33,132 bases of DNA from Kipferlia bialata (lineage: Eukaryota): NCBI GenBank assembly GCA_003568945.1, contig BDIP01000080.1, positions 1-33,132 of the forward strand, read 5' to 3'. Shown here piece after piece: positions 25,383-33,132 of the stretch; the stretch's first letter is position 1, and each line of letters starts with the position of its first letter. A program made the translations under genes and the position numbers. The notes under the pieces are model-generated. The model was not told the origin of the DNA. It saw nothing but the letters and a program-made list of their open reading frames with translations, and ran no database searches.

Positions 25383-28300
25383 GTCCATGACTCCTCTCTC
25401 ACCTCAGGTCCAACCAGAGTGTGGACAGTGTCACTGGCATCACCACCGCAGACACAGGCTCACCCACATTCCTAGTCAACCAGGTACTGTCATGTATACA
25501 CAAGGTGTATAATACACTTTCCAATGTCTTAGCCAGCGAAGGCCTCCCTACATTCCTGGTCAACCAGGTGTGGACTGGCACTGGGACTATGCTGTGTATT
25601 GATGGAATAGTATCATTCTACACTTCCCCAAATGCCCATATCAGTATTGTCCCAATATATCCTGCCAACTCTCTATGTCTTATTACTATGCCATTCTGTC
25701 ACTGTCTCCCCTGAATCACTTTGTATCCATACCCCCACCCCTCACCCCCAGTCTGTGTCCGGTCTGAGTCTGGGTCTGGTATGCTCATATGCAATATATA
25801 TATATATATATATATATATTATCTATATGTATACACCCCTCACCCCCAGTCTGTGTCCGGTCTGAGTCTGGGCGACATGAGCTCAGTCAGTGACCACCAG
25901 GTGGGGGATATGGAGATATATATGTGTAGATGTATATCATATGTAGACAAATTTCATATGTAGATGAATATCCGTAGTATAATCATATGTATCACTATCA
26001 GTCAGTGGACACCAGGTGGGGTTGTGTATGTGTTTCTATGGTCTAGTGGTCACGTGAATTGTGTATATAGGACATATAGTAGGTTTGCATCTTGACTAAC
26101 ACCCAGGCCTCCCCCCTACCTGGTCAAGCAGAGAGTCAGGACGGAGTGGCAGCAGTGGCCACTGACAGAGAGGCAGGGAGAGAGACTGGGGTAGAGACAC
26201 CCCTTGTGGAGAGAGAGGCAGCCCAGCCCGACAGTGCAGGTGTCTATCTATCACATATACAAGCACCATGGTGTAACAAATAGCTACGTGTCTTATAGGA
26301 TAGCTATGTGTATATGAGGTATGTGCACCATATCCCTGCCCTCATACCCAGACCCCCCTGTGTCTCCAGACCCCAGTCCAGCACAGCCAGCACTGCCACC
26401 AATAGGTACATGTTTATATATATACATCTATATATATACACTATATATCTGTTGGGTATATATGTGTATCACATTATACTTGAATACCACCAATAGGTAC
26501 ACGTACTATACATGTGTATACTGTACATTTGATTAGTACATGTACAATATATATACTATATATTGGATTTCTCTGTGAAGTCTCTGTTGACCTGTGTGGT
26601 GTTTAGTGTACATCACTAGGATAGTCAGTTCTTACGCTGTGTTGAGCGTCTGCATCCATGTATCATGGCGTCATTCAATAGTGTCCCTCACCCTAGGCGA
26701 CCTCTATAACACCAATGTGTTTGAGACATCAGTCACATCCCAGCCCACCCTGCTGGCATCCCAGACAGAGGTGAGAGATGATATGTAGATATATATACAT
26801 CAGTCATTAATGATTACTGTACTATGTGAGTGTATCTCTCTCACCCCCAGGCCTCTGTGTCAGACAGTGATGACCAGAGGGACAGGGGGAGACCCATAGC
26901 CATATCCCTGCCACTGCTGCCAGGTGAAGGGGTTGATTGTGTATATACCTCTAGGATGATAGGGTAACTACATTCAATAATAGTACAACCATATACCTAA
27001 TCCTGGCCCTATATTGAGTACAGTTCATATACATTGCCCCCTGATCCTAGTCCCCTGTCGCAGGACCAATGTGCATGACGTGAGGGACACTGTCATGAGA
27101 CACAACCCGGTGGACATAGATGTGATGGATGAGAGGTATGTGGTTCATGCATTGGGTGCTATATGTATATATACATACATTATTACTATATATTATAATG
27201 GCATTACTGACGTCATGGATGAAAGGTGGGGTACAGGCATGTGTATATACATATATACTATGTAGAGTGACATTGTTGGGATGGACGTCATGGATGAGAG
27301 GTGGGGGATACTGGCATTAGATGTAGTACATATAGTATATAGTGGCATTGTTGACATAGACGTCATGGATTAGAGGTATGGCGATTGTGGCAGTGTTGAT
27401 GTGTGTGCCCTGTGTTCTTTCTGGCTTCCAGTGGCCATATCACAGTATATACTCATTCTGACCCCCAGGAGGGAGGTCGCCACCTTCACCAGGGATACCC
27501 ACCCACTCATAGTGGCCAACATGCAGAAGTACTACCCACCCAGGTATGTACATATATATAGTATCATCAGTCTGTTCATCAGACTCTATATACATATGGC
27601 AGAGTAGATGGCAGAAGTACTACCCACCCAGGTACTGTAGGATTGTCACTGAGTGTATACCAGTGTTCAAATGATGGTTATCAGTGTCATTTGTGTATTG
27701 TTTGGCACTGATGTTCTGTATCTCCTTTACCCCAGATTCGTTGCCGTGCGTGATGTCTGTTTCTATGTGGAGAACAACACGGCAATGGCACTGTTGGGGC
27801 CTAATGGGGCAGGTCAGGCCGCGTAGGGTGCATGTGTATATAGTATATGTATAGTATATGAATAGTATATGTATAGTGCAATGGGGCAGGTCAGTCCACG
27901 TGTTGTGTATTGTATACACAGTGTTTAGTGTAGTATACATGAGTTGTATGCCGCCTGTAGGGCAAGTTAGTCTACGTCGGACCCATGTATACTAGTGTCT
28001 ATTCTGTATGATGTGACTGATGTGTGTTCTCTTCCCAACTGTGTCAGCATCTTCCATGTATTGTATGTGTCGTCTGTGACCATATACACGTATGAATATC
28101 AGTGAGTGATGTATTGGTATCAGTATCATATGCAGTCACCCACCAAGTGCACAATGTACCCTCAACTCTGTCTGTCCATGCCTTCCCCTCACGTCCAGGC
28201 AAGACCACCACCATCAGAGCAGTCACGGGACTCACAGCTCCAACCAGGTGTGTGATTAGTACTGGTGTTGGTCCCGTAGTTGTGTACATATCAGCTTTAC

Positions 28301-28693
28301 CATCAGGGGCACTGCCTCTGTGTCAGGTGACAATATCATATATAAATATACATATATATACTATATATGTACCCTAACCATCAGGGGCACTGCCTTTGTG
28401 TCTGGTGACAATGTGGCCAGAAGGCCAGCCAAGGTCCAGAAGCACCTGGGCCTGTGTCCCCAGCATGACGTGTGTGTGGTGGTGTATATATACTTACAGG
28501 ATCTATGTCTTTTAGTATCGTACATCAATGGATGTATAGCAGACATTTATATTATATATATATATATACATATATCTATTAACCATTCCCCTCTTCTCAC
28601 CCCAGCTACTTCCCCTCCCTCACTGTCCGGCAGCACTTCTCCCTGTTCTGCAGAATCAGAGGGGTCCAGAGGAAGATGGTGTGTAATACTTAC

Positions 28694-28733
<40 letters not shown>

Positions 28734-31700
28734 AATAGTGTAATACCTACTATATAATTAGTATATATAATTGATTGCTTTCTTGGAGTCTGTGTGTATT
28801 CTGTTGTGTCTCTCTCACCCCAGGAGAATGCCGTTGTGGAGTCTCTGGCCAAGTTCCTGGACCTCTACCCAGCCATAGACAGACGGGCAGACGCACTCAG
28901 CGGGGGGATGAGGAGGAGGTGAGTGGTGTATATATACAGCTAATATGAATGGTAGAGGATTTGTCAGTTCATCTGTGTTTGTAGTTTCAAGTACGACCCT
29001 TGTGTGACCTCTGACACCCAGACTGTCTCTAGGCATAGCCCTGATATGTATATCATATATATATATATCTTGATATGGTATATATGTATTGTATAAGTAC
29101 TCTAATATCCCAGACTGTCTCTAGGCATAGCCCTGATAGGATCGCCCTCGGTCTTAGTACTGGACGAACCCTCAACGTGAGTGTATTGGATATATAGTCT
29201 GGATTCGGATGTGCTCGTTTCTTGACCAACCCCATAACTTGTTGGAGTGGTATCTGTATATGTGTATACTGTAGATATCCCTTCTGCACTCACACTAATA
29301 CCCAGCGGTCTAGACCCCATGACCAGACGGAGTATTGTATACAAACACTCACCAGTATATGTATATACTCCTATGAATACACTATGTATTAGATATCTAC
29401 TAATACCCCAGCGGCCTAGACCCCATGACCAGAAGTCATATATGTATATACAAATAGTGTATATATGTGTCATATCCACACTCTACTCACCCCCCAGCGG
29501 CCTAGACCCCATGACCAGGAGGAGTGTGTGGAAGACAATCGACAAGGCCAAGGAGCACAGGGTGCTGCTACTCACTACGCATAATGTGAGTATATATACT
29601 GTGTATATACTATATATACTATATATATATATATATATAGTAGACCATCGACAAGGTCAAGGAGCACAGGGTGCTACTGTTGACAACACACAATGTGAGT
29701 ATATATACAATGTATATACTATATATATACTATATATATATATATACTATATATATAGTAGACGATCGACAAGGCCAAGGAGCATCAGGTGCTATTACTC
29801 ACTACACACAATGTGAGTGGGGTATACTACTTCTACATATATAGTATGTATGTGTGACCTGAGTGTGGTGTATCACATCCTAGTATTCAGAGTGTGTAGT
29901 TCATCCTATCACTTTCATTCACTCTCGGCAGAGACCCATGACTCTTTACCTCTCATGTTCTAACACACAAGCAAGATGTACTTGTATATTCCTATCACTG
30001 TAGATGGAGGAGCCGATGCCCTCTCTCTCTCTCCCTTCCTATATGTCTATATATACACATAAGTATTGTAATGTATACTCATCAGTCTCTTACCCCCAGA
30101 TGGAGGAGGCCGATGCCCTGTCCCAGAAGATAGGCGTCATGGTGGCAGGTATATATATATGGTATATATAGGTATATATACTTATATGTATAAGTGAAGG
30201 ACTATATACAGGTGAGTATATTTATATGTTTGAAGATAGGCGTCATGGTGGCAGGTATGTCTCAGTTTAGCGTATCCTATATATCATCGTATAGGTTATA
30301 TTGGTATTAGTTAGTATAGATCAAGACATTGGCGTCGTGGTGGCAGGTATATGAATAATAGTATATGAACAATAGTATATGAATATGTATTGTATATACC
30401 AGAAGATAGGCGTCCTGGTGGCAGGTGGATATGTGTATATATGTATATACATGTATGACAACACATATCTGTAATGATATAGTAGTGTATACCAGAAGAT
30501 AGGCGTCATGGTGGCAGGAAGACGTGTATGTGGGTATAGGTAAATACATATACCCGAGAATTGGTTGACTGATGTGTATTCACCTGACCATGTGTTCCAT
30601 ATATATATCTGATGGGTATATATATTTACTGGTTTACCAATGCCTCACCCTAGGCCAGATGAAGGCCATCAGGATATATATACTTAAACATACTTGTATA
30701 CAATTATACTACTAAATACTACTGAGTATATATTCTCATCTCACTCCCAGGCCAGATGAAGGCCATTGGGATATATATATTTATGGTCATTCACATGGAC
30801 ATGTACATATATTCGTGTATATATTCATCTATCGCGATACTGACCCCAGGTCAGATGAAGGCCATTGGGTCTCGGTTCCACCTCAAGGCGAGATACGGCA
30901 GTGGCTACATCATATCCGTCAAGCATGCCGCAAACAACGGTACAACCATACACAACAGGTATAGATTTCCATACATACATGTATACCAAAGAAAGCATTG
31001 AGACAACCATACATAACAGGTATGAGGTGTCTATACTTGTAGCTAACACTACCCCCAGGCTGTTCATGATCAACAGACACATTGTCAACACAGCCTCCCA
31101 GGAGACACCCGTGACAGGTTGTGTATGTATAAATGTATATATATATACATAGATACTGTATACTGTATACTCCCAGGAGACACCCGTGACAGGTACAGAC
31201 ATATAGTGTGATGATTTATAGAAATACATACATTCGTACATATTCTATACACTATGTACTCCCAGGGAAACCCGTGACAGGTATATGTATATATAGTCCT
31301 CTGTGCAGCTAACTCTAGGCCGTGTTGTGTCCCAGTTCACCCTAGCCTATGGGCACCCAGTCTCAGAGATACTACAGGTGGGTGGTCATATCTACCCACT
31401 CCCTGTCACTCCTTGTCACTCCTTGTCACTTGTAGTCCATCCACTGACACATTACACTGTACATGTCACAAAGCATGATTTCTCAGCACCATTTGCCCAC
31501 CTATATTGTTTTATGGATGTATATACTTGCATATACTGGTATATGCTTGTATACACTCGTATATACTGGTATATGCTTGTATATCCTTGCATACACTCTC
31601 TCTGTTCCTCACCCCCACCCCAGGAGTTGATATCCCTCAAGGCAGAGGGTGTGGCCTTTGAGTATGGCCTAGTGTTCTCCAGTCTCGAGGGTGCCTTCCT

Positions 31701-32279
31701 CAATGTGGTCACTAGTGCAGTGCAGGAGACATCGGCAGGTGGGGATATATCCAGATACATATGTATACATATAATCACATACATATATATATATATATGT
31801 ATATGTGTGTGTATGGCCATATAGTATGCTGAGGAGTAGTGTAGGAGACATCGGCAGGTGGTACATTTAGGAGTCGGATATACGTTTGTATCTACCATTG
31901 AGACCGCTCAGTATATCATTGGTATATTTATATAGATCTCCATGCACCCTATCTTCCTAGCCCTGACCCCAGGCACCAATGAGGAGTCTGACGTGTCAGT
32001 ACCCGAGTGGGACAGAATGAGGAGAGGGAGGTATGACATAGTTATATAGATATAGTGTGTATGATAGACAAATATATGCATGCATAGTGGGACAGGATGA
32101 GGAGGGGCACATCGATATTATTATAATATCATATCATATATAGAGTTATATGTTGTGGTACTATGACCCATCGTCCCTTGACCTACACATTCCCAGTACA
32201 GTAGTATTCAGTATGCATATCTGTCTACATCCCCTTACCATTGTATGATCCCTTGTCCCCTGAGGTATATATATATATT

Positions 32280-32310
<31 letters not shown>

Positions 32311-32394
32311 TAATTGTCACCTGACCCCAGGTCCAGTGGGGAGGAGGGCAGTATCAACGGCAGCTCATTCATAGTGGACGAGTCCACAATGTAA
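55..32394 (+). CDS. ABCA: ABC transporter subfamily A (full transporter, two TMDs + two NBDs), 5'-partial, 95 exons in window
   Basis: Manual splicing gives one continuous frame with consistent phases across 94 introns (93 GT-AG, one inferred GT-AT). ABCA hallmarks: VVEKKQGKLEALRVMG / YWLSW, RSYW, NBD1 GHNGAGKST...GICPQ...FSGGMLRRL...ILDEPSTGLDP...TSHDMPEAERLGD, LKAKFGTGF, TSLEEVF; second half VMERELK...KGMPAYVYW, DIDVMDER, NBD2 GPNGAGKTT...GLCPQHD...LSGGMRRRL...VLDEPSTGLDP...TTHNMEEADAL, LKARYGSGY, SLEGAFL; stop TAA 32392-32394. The first exon begins after an acceptor at 53-54, so the start codon lies upstream of the window. Symbol is family-level only. Confidence 0.95.
721..1415 (+). repeat. 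Exon-echo arrays flanking exon 3 (three acceptor-side copies, three donor-side copies)
   Basis: TATGGCCCNGGTGTCCCCCAGCCTGAC follows an AG at ~730, ~844 and ~941; the exon 3' end (NRTMDALV, with GT in the first two copies) recurs at ~1213, ~1298 and ~1378. Confidence 0.9.
2263..2361. other. Assembly gap (N run) in intron 6
   Basis: Run of N between exon 6 and its donor-side echo. Confidence 0.99.
6916..11475 (+). CDS. ABCA: ABCA exons 20-31: first nucleotide-binding domain (NBD1)
   Basis: Exons: 6916-6990, 7360-7415, 7677-7756, 7978-8054, 8299-8389, 8561-8652, 9315-9402, 9599-9687, 10327-10429, 10779-10869, 11221-11259, 11393-11475. Walker A GHNGAGKST (8009-8035), Q-loop GICPQ, signature FSGGM, Walker B/D-loop VILDEPSTGLD, H-loop TSH, then LKAKFGTGF. 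Confidence 0.95.
8745..9045 (+). repeat. Donor-side echo array of exon 25
   Basis: ATGCAGCACATGTGGATAGTGGGCATGCTCAAG(G/A)GT at ~8750, ~8845 and ~8940, plus a short remnant at ~9032, separated by TA/TG microsatellite. Confidence 0.9.
10228..10305. other. Assembly gap (N run) in intron 27
   Basis: Run of N between the last visible acceptor-side echo and exon 28. Confidence 0.99.
11656..15021 (+). CDS. ABCA: ABCA exons 32-42: regulatory domain R1 and inter-half linker
   Basis: Exons: 11656-11708, 11941-12051, 12151-12200, 12472-12537, 13314-13406, 13510-13547, 13695-13779, 14020-14120, 14544-14624, 14710-14752, 14945-15021. Contains the ABCA motif TSLEEVFI (from 13510) and an acidic E/G-rich insert (11941-12051). 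Confidence 0.85.
12590..12945 (+). repeat. Donor-side echo array of exon 35 (five copies)
   Basis: TCACATACAGTGTCAGCCAG-GTAGTT-like units at ~12594, ~12684, ~12752, ~12832 and ~12929. Confidence 0.9.
15368..23415 (+). CDS. ABCA: ABCA exons 43-67: TM7, second exocytoplasmic domain and TMD2
   Basis: Exons: 15368-15486, 15753-15823, 15994-16084, 16585-16633, 16716-16782, 17012-17095, 17578-17670, 17761-17826, 18092-18146, 18524-18625, 18919-18982, 19126-19177, 19593-19716, 20143-20195, 20284-20351, 20483-20555, 20803-20854, 21058-21201, 21382-21480, 21788-21851, 22241-22337, 22509-22619, 22723-22828, 22961-23010, 23318-23415. Includes IFLLPFLCLMISWLLV, VMERELKLFSLLQLKGMPAYVYW...YD and YLILAVYFDAVIP. 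Confidence 0.85.
16140..16420 (+). repeat. Donor-side echo array of exon 45 (four copies)
   Basis: CACACTGCTAGACCAGTACAAGGGTATG-like units at ~16147, ~16210, ~16337 and ~16395. Confidence 0.9.
23633..26923 (+). CDS. ABCA: ABCA exons 68-79: long low-complexity linker before NBD2
   Basis: Exons: 23633-23700, 23908-23981, 24169-24325, 24508-24647, 24745-24796, 25019-25073, 25408-25483, 25850-25900, 26107-26239, 26352-26405, 26697-26770, 26851-26923. All have GT/AG ends, GC-rich coding composition and compatible phases; rich in D/E/S/P/G with no recognisable motif. Confidence 0.75.
24899..24962. repeat. 14-nt minisatellite (CATATGTACATACC)-like, about four copies
   Basis: catatgtacatacc catatgtacatacc catatgtacatacc catttgtatatacc within intron 72. 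Confidence 0.8.
27051..32394 (+). CDS. ABCA: ABCA exons 80-95: NBD2, R2 and C-terminus
   Basis: Exons: 27051-27135, 27469-27543, 27736-27812, 28199-28247, 28385-28471, 28606-28678, 28824-28918, 29114-29176, 29498-29585, 30100-30148, 30850-30958, 31059-31117, 31319-31377, 31624-31738, 31973-32030, 32331-32394. Walker A GPNGA|GKTT is split by an intron; LSGGMRRRL, VLDEPSTGLDP, TTHNMEEA, SLEGAFL; ends ...DESTM*. Confidence 0.95.
29301..29818 (+). repeat. Echo arrays around exon 88 (two acceptor-side, two donor-side)
   Basis: CCCAG-CGGYCTAGACCCCATGACCAG at ~29301 and ~29407; TIDK.KEH.VLLLTTHN+GTGAGT at 29643-29700 and 29760-29818. Confidence 0.9.
30231..30770 (+). repeat. Echo arrays in intron 89 (four donor-side, two acceptor-side)
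   Basis: GAAGATAGGCGTCATGGTGGCAG-like units at ~30232, ~30323, ~30399 and ~30491; AG-GCCAGATGAAGGCCAT at ~30652 and ~30749. Confidence 0.9.
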
Positions 32395-32934
32395 ATAGAC
32401 GCTGGACAGGTTCCATAACATTGGCCTTGCCTGAGTGGATTCTGCACCAAGTGTCGGTGGGTATGGGTGTGTGAGTATATGCGTGTGGTAGAGTGATCGA
32501 GAGAGAACGTCCATGGCTGAAAACAATAGATAATAGGACGATGCGAAGTGACAAGAGGCTACTTGCCCATTTACGGGTCACTTTGGGTGTCAAAAGGAGT
32601 GATGGTATCAAAAGACACATTTTTGTGAGAGGATGAAAGGGTCCTTCTCGCATCATACCCTCTTCACATCCACACTAATAATAGCCCCACTGCATACCAT
32701 CCTCTGACTGAGTGGTAGAGTGTGCAGGTGCGTGGGGTAGATAACATATTGTGTGGTTGTGAGGGTTGCTCCTCTTGATGGTATAAGCTGATGGCTGTTA
32801 GAGTTAGTGGTAACCCTATTCACGTGTAGTTACATCTGCCCAGCATAGGCTCTACCCACCTTAGGTGTAGGTGTATGTGCACTAAGATTGTCTAGTAGCT
32901 ACACACCCCTCCCCCTCTCCTCATCTGACTCCAG

Positions 32935-33016
32935 ATATGGGCCGCATCCACATCCCCCTCCCTGCCTCGTTCAACGTGGCAGCACACCTCAGAATGGCAT
33001 GCATGATACACACATG
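32935..33016 (+). CDS. Probable exon of a downstream gene, product unknown
   Basis: Typical acceptor CTGACTCCAG (ends 32934), GC-rich 82 nt and a GTGAGA donor. Open in two frames, e.g. MGRIHIPLPASFNVAAHLRMACMIHT from ATG 32937. No upstream coding exon could be joined. Confidence 0.4.
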
Positions 33017-33049
33017 GTGAGACAGGACATGGCACCGGTGTCTCATCGG

Positions 33050-33088
33050 TCTCTCTCTCTCTCTCTTTTTCTTCTTTTCTCTCCCTCC

Positions 33089-33132
<44 letters not shown>
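33050..33132. repeat. (CT)n/pyrimidine tract and terminal poly-C run
   Basis: (CT)n and T-rich sequence followed by more than 40 consecutive C to the window end. Confidence 0.9.

Noticed and set aside
721..31285. Echoes as pure assembly or read-stutter artefacts
   Set aside because: Copies differ from each other with codon-aware substitutions, have distinct flanks and show graded decay. Artefact cannot be fully excluded next to the two N gaps or without long reads.
721..31285. Echoes as classical mutually exclusive duplicated exons (Dscam-like)
   Set aside because: Nearly all echoes are partial and carry only one splice site, so they cannot substitute for the full exon by ordinary cis-splicing.
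143..32330. Introner or transposon origin of the introns
   Set aside because: Different introns share only microsatellites and the splice consensus. I saw no shared element body, terminal inverted repeats or transposase/RT fragments.
55..32394. Pseudogene, or two separate half-transporter genes
   Set aside because: The spliced frame has no stops or frameshifts and continues through the linker (13695-15021) from NBD1/R1 into the second TMD.
129..32656. The many 60-190 aa ORFs in the six-frame track (Y/I/V/C/M/H-rich), including all minus-strand ORFs
   Set aside because: They are translations of (TA)n/(TG)n/(CT)n microsatellite introns, which lack stops by construction. Any real peptide in them is an ABCA exon fragment. 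I saw no minus-strand splice pattern or protein motif.
32684..32728. Exon-like segment between TAATAG and GTGCGT downstream of the ABCA stop
   Set aside because: It has stop codons in all three forward frames. At most it is a UTR exon, and that cannot be supported.

Overview
Eukaryotic, extremely intron-dense DNA. Almost the whole window (55-32394, + strand) is one gene for a full-size ABC subfamily A transporter (TMD1-NBD1-R1-TMD2-NBD2-R2), lacking only its extreme N-terminus. By hand I reconstructed 95 short exons (38-157 nt, 7,486 nt in total, about 2,494 codons) whose phases all join into one uninterrupted frame ending at TAA 32392-32394. Introns are (TA)n/(TG)n/(CT)n-rich and end in a branch-point-like motif fused to the acceptor (CT[A/G/C]AC-CC(C)YAG). 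This style suggests an intron-rich metamonad such as Kipferlia (inference only). The standout observation is that many introns carry polarised partial copies ('echoes') of their flanking exon ends with the splice site attached: donor-side echoes lie downstream of the exon and acceptor-side echoes upstream. In the echoes I aligned, differences from the functional exon, and between echoes, are mostly synonymous, which neutral decay of intronic duplicates would not produce. One intron appears to be non-canonical GT...AT. Most ORFs in the supplied track are microsatellite noise.
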